Positions 14,467 through 22,799 of a stretch of 32,000 bases of DNA are shown in pieces (the stretch's first letter is position 1; each line of letters opens with the position of its first letter). The position numbers and the translations under genes were made by a program. The stretch comes from Planctomycetales bacterium (GTDB lineage: Bacteria > 4484-113 > JAFGCY01), in NCBI GenBank assembly GCA_022646745.1, contig CP060262.1, positions 330,001 through 362,000 on the forward strand. Direction: 5' to 3'. The notes beneath the pieces were generated by a model. That model was not told the origin of the DNA, searched no databases, and was given only the letters and a program-made list of their open reading frames with translations.

Positions 14467-15378
14467 CGCCCCGTATTGCCAGAAGGTCACCACATTCCCC
14501 GCCGGGTCCGACACGCTGAACCACTGCAGGTCCGCCGGCTCGCCCTGCAGCTCCTCCGGCTCAGCTCCGCTGGCAACGAGCCGTGCATGTTCGGCGGCGA
14601 TGTCGAAGCATTCGAAGCACAGGCGCAGGGGTGCCGGATCACTGTCCTCCGGGTTGCCACCGCCCCACCAGCTGGCCCAGTCCATCAGGCCGACGAAGCG
14701 TCCCTCATCTGACAGTTTCAGGGCCTTGTAGACACTGCCATGTTCCTGCAGCACATTGAAGGCCAGGTGCTGCGTGTACCACTCCGTCGCCTCGTCAATA
14801 TTGCCAACGAACACCAGCGCTTCGCCCATGCCGTAGCGGCTGGATGCCGGAGCCTGTGCCGCATGCGCCTCCACGGCCTGCGTGGCGGCGACGTCACTGG
14901 TGGCATCCGCCCAGATGATCAGCGGCTCGCCGTACTTATGCCTGATGCCGATGGTCTGCATCGACTCATCGCCCGTGATCTCCGTGCAGTCGTTGCCAAG
15001 TGCGATCAGCCGCGCGCGGTCCGTGGCCAGGTCCATGCTCTGGAAGCTCAGGTTGGCAGCCGGTGTCGGCCCACCGGGTTCGAATCCCTCAGCCCATTGT
15101 GCAGCGACGAGTGACATCTGGTAGGCATTGTCACAGCTGATGGATGCGTACTGGTCGCCGAATTCGAACATCACGGTCCAGCCCAGCCTGTCACGGTAAA
15201 AGTCCCGGCAGGCGGTCCAGTCCTCGGCGTAGCAGACCACCTCAGCGACCTGCAGGCGGTGGGCATCATTGCTCTTCTGTGCATCCATGGAAGCCTCCCG
15301 GGCGTGCGGGAATTCAGGTATGAACAGCAGCAGCATTGCGGCTGTTGCCATTACCAGGCAGTGAATGGTCCTGTGCAT
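14455..15378 (-). CDS. Secreted protein with two VOC/glyoxalase-bleomycin-resistance-type domains
   Basis: 307 aa with signal peptide MHRTIHCLVMATAAMLLLFIPEFPHA. There are two beta-alpha-beta-beta-beta style modules (VAEVVCYAEDWTACRDFYRDRLGW... and ALVFVGNIDEATEWYTQHLAF...DPAGNVVTFWQ). A GGGGAG SD lies upstream. Confidence 0.7.
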   Translation of the reverse strand: MHRTIHCLVMATAAMLLLFIPEFPHAREASMDAQKSNDAHRLQVAEVVCYAEDWTACRDFYRDRLGWTVMFEFGDQYASISCDNAYQMSLVAAQWAEGFEPGGPTPAANLSFQSMDLATDRARLIALGNDCTEITGDESMQTIGIRHKYGEPLIIWADATSDVAATQAVEAHAAQAPASSRYGMGEALVFVGNIDEATEWYTQHLAFNVLQEHGSVYKALKLSDEGRFVGLMDWASWWGGGNPEDSDPAPLRLCFECFDIAAEHARLVASGAEPEELQGEPADLQWFSVSDPAGNVVTFWQYGASGQ

Positions 15379-15422
15379 CTAGAACTCCCCGAACTGAACT
15401 GGCTTCCCCAAGCCTCAATTTT

Positions 15423-15527
15423 TCTAGACACCAGACTACAGACTACAGACTTCAGAGTGCTGAGCCCTCGATTCTGCTGCCAACGAAGATCTGATGTCTG
15501 AAGTCTGAGCTCTGAAGTCTGACGTCC
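15423..15527. repeat. Heptad-periodic hairpin element (NNCAGAC dialect)
   Basis: The 15 units are tctagac accagac tacagac tacagac ttcagag tgctgag ccctcga ttctgct gccaacg aagatct gatgtct gaagtct gagctct gaagtct gacgtcc. 15446-15457 pairs with 15510-15521 (12 bp). It shares the 11-mers agactacagac, agacaccagac and cagacttcaga with 3687-3791. Confidence 0.85.
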
Positions 15528-15528
15528 G

Positions 15529-16617
15529 CTACTCCACCGGCGACATTTCCCGGAAGTGGTCCGGCTTCACCGCGTCCGGGTGCAGGGTGTTGTGGCGCTT
15601 CTCGGTGATCGTAAGGTCCGCCGGGCCGCCCGGGCCCTCGCTGTCCATGTGCACCACGCGTGCCCAGGGGCTGGCCTGGATCTGCTGCACCACGCCGTCG
15701 TAGACCGGCGCGCCGTACTCCGCGCGTACCTCGTCGAGGTTCTCGAATTCATAGCCGAGCGCCTTCAGGCAGGCAGTGGCCTCCGCATCGGTGCAGGCCT
15801 TGCCGTGCCACTTGAAGATGTCCTCGTACTCCGGCACACCCTTCATCATCGTGGTGTGGAAGACCAGCGCCTTCGGGCTGCCCTCCTGCTTGCGGGCCCA
15901 GCTCCAGGCCGCGTTGATCGCGTCCATGTCATGCCCGTCCACGTTCTGCACCATCCAGTGGCAGGCCTCCAGCTTCTTGTCCAGCGGGTCAAGGCGCTTC
16001 ACGTCCTTCACGCGGCCGTCGATCTGGATGTCGTTGTAGTCGCAGCTCATCACCAGGTTGTCCGTGCCACGGTGCCCGGCGTGCATGATCGCTTCCCAGA
16101 TCTGCCCTTCCTGCATCTCGCCGTCGCCGACGTTGCAGTAGACGAACTGCTCGCCCTTGCCCTCAAGCTTCTTCCCAAGCGCCATGCCATGCGCCACGCT
16201 GAGGCCCTGCCCAAGCGAGCCGGTGCCGATCTCGACACCCGGCAGCTTGATGTGGTTCGGGTGGCCCTGCAGACGGCTCGGGGTGGAGCGGAAGGTCAGC
16301 AGGTAGCCCGGGCTGAAGAAGCCGCGGCGTGACAGCAGGCTGTACTGCAGCGCGCTGACGTGGCCGTTGGAGATCACGTACTTGTCGCGGTCCGGCCAGT
16401 AGGGCTTATGGGGGCGGATGCGCATGTGGTTGAACAGCAGCGCCGCGGTGTAGTCGGCCATGCTGAACGGCCCGCCGGTATGGCCGCTGTTGGCGGCATT
16501 GGTCATCATCACCGCGTCCTTGCGCAGCGTGCGCGCGACCTCCCTGAGCTCATCGTTGCTCAGATTGAGCGTGTCGGCCTTAAGGCTGCGTTCGCGGATT
16601 TCGGCGTGTGAAAGCAC
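15529..16617 (-). CDS. Transketolase, N-terminal (TPP-binding) subunit of a split enzyme, with a C-terminal extension
   Basis: 362 aa. NSGHTGGPFSMADY, GSLGQGLSVAHGMALG and VGDGEMQEGQIWEA are canonical transketolase PP-domain motifs. GTG start with ggggtga upstream. About 70 extra residues follow the WHGKA region. Confidence 0.9.
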   Translation of the reverse strand: MLSHAEIRERSLKADTLNLSNDELREVARTLRKDAVMMTNAANSGHTGGPFSMADYTAALLFNHMRIRPHKPYWPDRDKYVISNGHVSALQYSLLSRRGFFSPGYLLTFRSTPSRLQGHPNHIKLPGVEIGTGSLGQGLSVAHGMALGKKLEGKGEQFVYCNVGDGEMQEGQIWEAIMHAGHRGTDNLVMSCDYNDIQIDGRVKDVKRLDPLDKKLEACHWMVQNVDGHDMDAINAAWSWARKQEGSPKALVFHTTMMKGVPEYEDIFKWHGKACTDAEATACLKALGYEFENLDEVRAEYGAPVYDGVVQQIQASPWARVVHMDSEGPGGPADLTITEKRHNTLHPDAVKPDHFREMSPVE

Positions 16618-16646
16618 GGGGTCACCCCAATGGTTTAGATGAGCCG

Positions 16647-16652
16647 ATTATA
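16647..16652 (-). promoter_or_regulatory. Candidate -10 box (TATAAT on minus strand) for the N-terminal transketolase gene
   Basis: Plus-strand attata lies 30 nt upstream of the GTG start at 16617. No clear -35 was found. Confidence 0.35.
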
Positions 16653-16658
16653 GCGCTG

Positions 16659-16705
16659 GGAAGCAGGCAGGGAGCCGAAAGCAGATAGCAGATATCAGAG
16701 CTGCC
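16659..16705. repeat. Truncated heptad element (AGCAG dialect, left arm only)
   Basis: The sequence is ggaagcaggcagggagccgaaagcagatagcagatatcagagctgcc. The 15-mer gaaagcagatagcag (16677-16691) is identical to 19741-19755. It lies about 55 nt 3' of the 971-aa gene stop. Confidence 0.75.
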
Positions 16706-16759
16706 TGCCATCGCCTGCATTGGCACAATACAACGCCCTGTTCGCGAAACTCCCCTTAT

Positions 16760-19675
16760 TCAGGGGCCGAAAAGTAGAAATGCCGACGATGTATCGCCAG
16801 CATATAGCTGTCCCAGGTCGTTGAGTGCCAGGCCATTGGCATAGGAGAACCCAAACCCGGTGTATTCCCAGAGCTTCGATCCAGCGGCACTGTAGGCATA
16901 AACCGTCTGGTCGTTGATCAGAAACAGCCTGTCTTGATTATCTATCAGGACAGTGCTGTAACCTCCACTTCCAAGATCCTCTGACCACAGCAGGTTGCCG
17001 GCGGTATCAAGTGCTGTCAGGCTGCCGCCGAAGGGAGCGAAGTATGCGTTACCCGCGGAATCAAGGGATATCCTCACACTTGATGAGCTGGTCGTTCCTG
17101 TGTCATAACTCCAGTTGTCGAGTCCATCCGGCGAGATTCTATAGGCCACACCATCAATATCCGTAAAGAAAGTGTTTCCCGAGCCATCGCAACTGACGCC
17201 GTTGCGCACCAAGCCGCTTCCAGCATCAAACATATCGACGAGGCTTCCATCCGCAGCAATGATAAAGCGGATACCGAATTGCGTCACGGCATGGATCCTG
17301 GCCGGACCAGTGGTCTCCTGCACCGCGCTGCTGCCATTGACAACATCGGAAAGCGTGAAATCCCACCTGAAATCACCGGCAGGACTGATGCTGGTCAATA
17401 CGCAATCGGCAGCCCCATTTCGCAATACGTAGAGATTACCGGCTGCATCCCTTGAAGGCGCACCCGTCAGGCGAGAATTGAAGTTGTACTTCCAGACAAG
17501 TTCGCCTGCCGGATCATAACAAACCAGGCTATGCTCGGTGTTGAATGGGTTCTGCTCCAGCATGTAGACAATATCACCATTGTCAAGAATCAGCGGACTG
17601 CCCTTTGGCACGTACCCCGGCCAGTCCTTGCTCCAGCTCACGTTGCCAAAACGATCACAGGCCAGCACGACATCGTTCGTGGCTGTGTAGAAGCTGCTGT
17701 CAACGGCGAATGCTGGCGGGTTCCTGAAGTTTGCTGTCCTACCGATATCCCAGATTATCTCCCCGGCCTCATCCACACGCTGCAGTCGATCCAGTCCCTG
17801 AGTGTAGAGGTTGTTATTTTCATCGGTGGCCCCCCGGGTAGACATTACAACATCGGAATTGAGCCAGTTGCTGCCCACAACATCCGGGATGGTACTCTTG
17901 ATACCCTCAAAGGCACTGCTCCACCAAACTCTGCCGTTGTCCGCCACGAGAACCGGCACATGCACATCGCCTGGTGATCCGAAACGCTGATGCAGACTAC
18001 CGTCCTCACTGAATCCGACAACCACATCCCCCTGATCACCTGCAGTGCCAAACCAGATGTTGCCGTCTCCAGCTATTGTCAGTTTCGTATTCGGGAAGTC
18101 GTAGAACATTTGAGGAGGGAAATCATCCTTGTGTATCACGTTGGTCAGGTATGTCCAGTAGTCACTGCCATCACTGTGGAATGCGATGAGAAGCCAAGGG
18201 AAAGTCAGGTGATCTTCAGGCATGGACAAGACAATCGGCACATCATCCTTGCCATTCACCAGGCTGCCCGTGACCATACTGCTGATCCCGTCCACTATGC
18301 GGCGGCTCCACTGTTCAATGCCGGTGGAGTCAACTGCCACGAGGTCCATGTCATAAACTCCGCCACTTAAGGTCGTTTTGAGGAAATAGATGTTGCCGTT
18401 TCCGGCAGTGGCACTGCTCACTACGCTGCTCTCTCCGCCACCTATTCTCCATTCTTCATTTCCAGACTCATCGATCAGCACCAATTCCCCGCTGCTGAAG
18501 TCCAGCATGATGACATCATCCGCCATCGTGGCTTCAAAGTCCGCCAATTCAGCATCTACTGCCCTTTGCCAGAGGACCTCGCCATTGCTGGAAATCCGGT
18601 AGAGCTGCCTTCCAGTCGTGTGCAGCACCATACTGTTGTCAGACAGCAAGGTAAACGAGGGCTCATGCAAAAGGCCGCCTGGGGATGAGTTTTTGCCATC
18701 CACCGCCGTACTCCAGTGTATCTCTCCGTCCCTGCCAACACAGTTCACAAATCCATTGCTGCTTGTGCTGTAAAGCCTGCCATCACTACCCATTCCAAAC
18801 TGGCCGAACTGGCTGAGCATCGAGCCGTGGAAAACAGCTTGCGGTGAATCTGGCGCAGCGATGTTGATCCGTGATCCGGCACTACCTCCTCCTCCGGGGC
18901 CGTTGAATTGCCCGGGACTGGGATCTGGTTCAATGGCAACAAGGTTCACGACATTGCTGTCAGCACCCAGATCACGTGCTGCACCGCTGCCAGAAAACGG
19001 CTGAACCATGTAGTATCCGCTTGGCGCCTGCGGTATGTCGAGGGTGAACTCCTTCAGGCCTCCACCGGCGGGCGTGACACCGGACGCAAAGGAGATTTCC
19101 TGCAGTTCCGAAAAGTTGGCCTGATCAATCGCGTACTGCATTACATAGCCCGATATACTGTTGCCGAAATTGATTCCAATCGGCGTGATATCGGCAATCG
19201 TAACCTGTCCATTGCCATCTCCGTCAGCCAGCCTGGCCTTTCCCCAGTCAGCATCGGAACTTGATTTGCCGAGGTGAATGCCAACAGGCGTAATGTCAGC
19301 AACGTTCACTTCACCGTTCTGGTCATAGTCCCCATTGTTGCGCAGGCTCCATTTGAAGGTTGTGCCCGCCACGGACAAGTCGCTGACGGCTCCGGCTACC
19401 CCGCCAGGCGCTGCGCTGACGTAATGAGTGATTCCCTGCTCATCCAGGACGCGCTGCAACTCCCGCAACAGAAGCTCAGCGGTATCAGGGTCCATACCGG
19501 CCGGGGGACTGTACTCAGACAGCAACAAATGAGCAGTCGGTCCATCTGCAGGCAATGGTTCATTGATGGGATTGGAGCTGCGGTTGGAGCCGCAGGATGC
19601 CACCATAAGCAATGTAAGAACAAGCAATAAGCCGAGACTGATCATAACAATTCCAGTCAGCAGTAGCTGTCGCAA
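16760..19675 (-). CDS. Giant lipoprotein: N-terminal dockerin-like double EF-hand module plus many PQQ/BamB-like beta-propeller repeats (low-GC paralog)
   Basis: 971 aa with lipobox LLMVASC. The dockerin-type duplicated Ca loops are DYDQNGEVNVADI and DGDGNGQVTIADI. At least 11 propeller repeats of the type VDSTGIEQWS, YDPAGELVWKY and LDTAGNLLWSE are present. The start is TTG 19675 (alternative ATG 19645). GC is about 47-58% in hand-counted lines. Confidence 0.8.
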   Translation of the reverse strand: MRQLLLTGIVMISLGLLLVLTLLMVASCGSNRSSNPINEPLPADGPTAHLLLSEYSPPAGMDPDTAELLLRELQRVLDEQGITHYVSAAPGGVAGAVSDLSVAGTTFKWSLRNNGDYDQNGEVNVADITPVGIHLGKSSSDADWGKARLADGDGNGQVTIADITPIGINFGNSISGYVMQYAIDQANFSELQEISFASGVTPAGGGLKEFTLDIPQAPSGYYMVQPFSGSGAARDLGADSNVVNLVAIEPDPSPGQFNGPGGGGSAGSRINIAAPDSPQAVFHGSMLSQFGQFGMGSDGRLYSTSSNGFVNCVGRDGEIHWSTAVDGKNSSPGGLLHEPSFTLLSDNSMVLHTTGRQLYRISSNGEVLWQRAVDAELADFEATMADDVIMLDFSSGELVLIDESGNEEWRIGGGESSVVSSATAGNGNIYFLKTTLSGGVYDMDLVAVDSTGIEQWSRRIVDGISSMVTGSLVNGKDDVPIVLSMPEDHLTFPWLLIAFHSDGSDYWTYLTNVIHKDDFPPQMFYDFPNTKLTIAGDGNIWFGTAGDQGDVVVGFSEDGSLHQRFGSPGDVHVPVLVADNGRVWWSSAFEGIKSTIPDVVGSNWLNSDVVMSTRGATDENNNLYTQGLDRLQRVDEAGEIIWDIGRTANFRNPPAFAVDSSFYTATNDVVLACDRFGNVSWSKDWPGYVPKGSPLILDNGDIVYMLEQNPFNTEHSLVCYDPAGELVWKYNFNSRLTGAPSRDAAGNLYVLRNGAADCVLTSISPAGDFRWDFTLSDVVNGSSAVQETTGPARIHAVTQFGIRFIIAADGSLVDMFDAGSGLVRNGVSCDGSGNTFFTDIDGVAYRISPDGLDNWSYDTGTTSSSSVRISLDSAGNAYFAPFGGSLTALDTAGNLLWSEDLGSGGYSTVLIDNQDRLFLINDQTVYAYSAAGSKLWEYTGFGFSYANGLALNDLGQLYAGDTSSAFLLFGP

Positions 19676-19734
19676 TTATTGGATGCGAAGCAGTATTCTA
19701 GCCTTATACGCAAATCCCGTGGGAATGAAAGAGG

Positions 19735-19852
19735 ATAGCTGAAAGCAGATAGCAGGGATCAGACTCGGCACTTCGATCCTTCTGCGGCAGTTCACCTGTC
19801 CGCGTCTGCTCTCTGCTCCCTGCGCTCTGCTTTCTGCTATCTGTTCCCTATT
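19735..19852. repeat. Heptad-periodic hairpin element (AGCAG/CTGCT dialect) between the two dockerin-PQQ paralogs
   Basis: The left arm is gaaagca gatagca gggatca gactcgg. The right arm is gtctgct ctctgct ccctgcg ctctgct ttctgct atctgtt ccctatt. 19751-19764 pairs with 19804-19817. The 20-mer gtctgctctctgctccctgc (19804-19823) is identical to 31593-31612. The last unit holds the TAG stop. Confidence 0.85.
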
Positions 19853-22718
19853 GGATGTAAATCAGCGTGCCTTCCTTCTGCATCACGAACACCCGGCCAT
19901 CCGGGTCGATCGCCGGGCGGCACTGCCAGGCCATGTCATTCGGCCAGCTCCACAGCTCATTGCCGGCACTGTCCAGGCAGAAGGTGCGCCCGTTGCCGAC
20001 CTCACCAGCCGTCACCACCAGCGGGTCATTCGCATTGCCGAAGTAGATCCGCCCGGCACTGTCCACGCAGACCGCCGAGAAGATCGGGGAGGGGTAGCTG
20101 ACTGCCCAGCGCTGCGAGCCGTCATCATTCAGCGAATAGAGCTGCTTGTCCGTGCAGCCGAACACCACCCCGCCATCTGCGCCGACGGCCAGCCCGCCGA
20201 GCCCGATCGATCCCGCGATCGGGAAGCTCCACTTCAGGTTGCCATCCGGCTTGATCGCGCTGATGTTGCCGGCATAGTCGTCAAACACCGCACTGCCATC
20301 CGGCTGCAGCGAGACACCGGAACTGTCCAGGCTGAGCAGCGGGTCAGCGACCGCATAGCTCCACAGCAGGCTGCCCGAATCATTCACCGCCACCAGCCGG
20401 TCCCGCAGGCGGGCATACAGCACCGGCGGGTCAGCACCGGTCCGCACCGCCATCTGCGTCGGGCCGGCGAAGGTGTAGAAGCGCGCCGGCAGGGCGTCCG
20501 TGGTCCACAGTTCAGTGCCATCACCGCCGATGCAGCTGATATAGTCGTCAAAGCCGTCGCTCCAGCCGTAGTACAGCTGGCCATCCCCCATTGCCAGCTG
20601 GCTGGTGAACACCCCGAGCGGGCGGCGGTACCACAGCAGCGTGCCGTTGTCAGTGCAGCACAGCAGCGCCGGCCGGCCTTCATGCGTGCCGAGGAAGGCG
20701 ATGCGGTTGTCCGGCAGGATCCAGGGCGTGCCGCGGTTGCTGGCGAAGGCCGGGTACACCGTGCCGAAGCTGTTGCCAACCGGCAGCACGGACAGCCCGC
20801 CGAAGCCGCTGACCACGCGCCCGTCATCCGTGAAGCAGGGGCTGCCCGTCGGCAGGTCGCTGCCGCCCGCCCCCCAGCGGAAGCTGCCGTCAGGCGCAAT
20901 GCTGAGCAGGCTGCCGTTGTAATATCCATAGAAGTTGCCAAGCTGGTCAACTGCGGCATCAAACAGGTTGCCGATGCCGGCGTACTCCCAGTCCCCGCTG
21001 CCCGGGGGGACGAGGGAATGGATCACCGCGTCGCCGCTCTGCCAGGCCAGCCGCCCGTCCGCTCCGAGTGCCGTACTGCCCTGCACCTGGCTGGCCTCCT
21101 GCGAGAACAGCTGCAGGCCGTTGCCATCGAACAACCGCACATGGTCCGGGCTGTCGCCGAAGGTGCCGTAGCTGGACTGGCCGAGGGCATTAACCTTGAC
21201 CGTGCCGTTCAGGCTCTCCACCGGTCCTTCCCATGCCACGCCGCCAGCGGAGTTGAGCGCCACCAGCCTGTCCGCGCTCACGAGCAGCCGGCCGGCGCTG
21301 TCTGCGTTGAGGTAGCTGCTCACGTAGTAGTCATTAATGTCAATCGATGCCACGCCGGGGACCGTGTAGCTCCACAGGAAGCTGCCCGCGTCGTCAACCG
21401 CACTGACCCGCACATCGCTCGGCACCGGCAGCTGGTTGAGATAGGGCTGGCCGGTATAGCTCAGCACACAGAATGCGCCGGGGATCGCGAAGCACAGGCC
21501 GAAGTCCCGCCCCGGCTCACTGTAGTTCCACAGCTCGCTGCCGGAGCTGTCCAGCCTGCGCAGCGTGGCCCCACCGCCTTCCACATACAGCGCGCCACCA
21601 CCCGGCACCGGGCGGATGTCCCGCACCCTGGTCCCCAGGTTCAGGCGCCAGTCCTCGCTGCCACCCGTGATCTGCATGATGTCGCCGTTGCGCATGGCGG
21701 CCAGCACGGTGTTGTCTGACCCCAGCCGGTGGATCGCCGGCCAGTCGCCGGTGTCGATCCCCCAGATGTGGATCAGGTCCGGCGTGAAGCATTCCGCCAG
21801 CCCGTCCATCCCGAGCGTGTAGATGTTGCCATCGCTGCCGACAAGCGGTGCGCTGAAGCGGTCGGTGAATGTCATCCCGCTCTGGTTCGTGAACACAGCC
21901 GGGCCGGCCACCGGGCTGTAGCCGGTGTTGCCGGAATCCGCCCCGCTGCCATTCCAGTTGCCCGGGCTGATCGGCCCGCCACTCGGCACCAGTTCATAAA
22001 CGTTTCCGGGAATGCCCAGCTCGCGGCTGCTGCCGTCCTGCTGGTAGGGCACAGCGCGGTAGAAGCCGGATGGTGCACCGGGCTGCTCCAGTTCGAAGTA
22101 TTTCCGTCCGCCACCCGCCGGCAGCAGCGCCGCGGCAATCGGCAGCTCACTGCGCAGGCCCCAGCCCGTGCTGCCATCGCTGCTGTACTGCAGCTCATAA
22201 CCGTCCACCCGGTTGCCGAAGTTGACACCGAGCGGGGTGATGTCCGCCAGCGTGATGAACTCGTTGCCATCGCCGTCCGCCAGCAGCGCCCTGAACCAGT
22301 CCGAATCACTCGGGGTGCGGTTGAGGAAGATCCCGATCGGGGTGATGTCGGAAACATTCACCTCGCCGTTCTGGTCATAATCCGCCGGGTTGTTGAAGGT
22401 CCAGCGGAAGGTATTGCCATCGAGCGCGAGGTCATGCACCGCTGCATTGGAGGTCTGCGGTGGCGCACTGGCCATCCGGGTGATGCCCTGCTCCGCCAGC
22501 ACCCGCGAAAGTTCCTTGAGCAGCTCATCCGCCAGCTGCGCATCGATCCCCGCAGGTGCCTCATACTGCGACAGCAGCTGCTCCACCGGCACTGGCTGCC
22601 CGGCCTGCGGTTCAGGCGACTGTCCGCGGCCACCGCAGCCGCCCAATAGTGCGGCCAGCAGGGCCGCTCCCCAAAGCTTCACGCTCCACTTCATCTGCAC
22701 ACCTCGTTCTGGCTGCAT
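19848..22718 (-). CDS. Giant lipoprotein: dockerin-like module plus PQQ/BamB-like beta-propeller repeats (high-GC paralog)
   Basis: 956 aa with lipobox LLGGC. Dockerin loops are DYDQNGEVNVSDI and DGDGNEFITLADI. The N-terminal 170 aa are colinear with the 971-aa neighbour. An alternative start is ATG 22694 (MKWSVKLW...), preceded by GAGGTG. Confidence 0.8.
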   Translation of the reverse strand: MQPERGVQMKWSVKLWGAALLAALLGGCGGRGQSPEPQAGQPVPVEQLLSQYEAPAGIDAQLADELLKELSRVLAEQGITRMASAPPQTSNAAVHDLALDGNTFRWTFNNPADYDQNGEVNVSDITPIGIFLNRTPSDSDWFRALLADGDGNEFITLADITPLGVNFGNRVDGYELQYSSDGSTGWGLRSELPIAAALLPAGGGRKYFELEQPGAPSGFYRAVPYQQDGSSRELGIPGNVYELVPSGGPISPGNWNGSGADSGNTGYSPVAGPAVFTNQSGMTFTDRFSAPLVGSDGNIYTLGMDGLAECFTPDLIHIWGIDTGDWPAIHRLGSDNTVLAAMRNGDIMQITGGSEDWRLNLGTRVRDIRPVPGGGALYVEGGGATLRRLDSSGSELWNYSEPGRDFGLCFAIPGAFCVLSYTGQPYLNQLPVPSDVRVSAVDDAGSFLWSYTVPGVASIDINDYYVSSYLNADSAGRLLVSADRLVALNSAGGVAWEGPVESLNGTVKVNALGQSSYGTFGDSPDHVRLFDGNGLQLFSQEASQVQGSTALGADGRLAWQSGDAVIHSLVPPGSGDWEYAGIGNLFDAAVDQLGNFYGYYNGSLLSIAPDGSFRWGAGGSDLPTGSPCFTDDGRVVSGFGGLSVLPVGNSFGTVYPAFASNRGTPWILPDNRIAFLGTHEGRPALLCCTDNGTLLWYRRPLGVFTSQLAMGDGQLYYGWSDGFDDYISCIGGDGTELWTTDALPARFYTFAGPTQMAVRTGADPPVLYARLRDRLVAVNDSGSLLWSYAVADPLLSLDSSGVSLQPDGSAVFDDYAGNISAIKPDGNLKWSFPIAGSIGLGGLAVGADGGVVFGCTDKQLYSLNDDGSQRWAVSYPSPIFSAVCVDSAGRIYFGNANDPLVVTAGEVGNGRTFCLDSAGNELWSWPNDMAWQCRPAIDPDGRVFVMQKEGTLIYIQ

Positions 22719-22799
22719 ATGGGCTCACCGCAGCCGGGAAACCTTCATATATATTAAGGTGAGTCGCCTCAGGGCGGCGGGATCGGGAGGAAAAGGAAG

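Noticed and set aside
16618-16759. Possible riboswitch or leader upstream of the N-terminal transketolase gene
   Set aside because: The predicted 5' UTR is only about 25-30 nt after the TATAAT box. The remaining sequence belongs to the truncated AGCAG heptad element, and no known riboswitch core motifs are visible.
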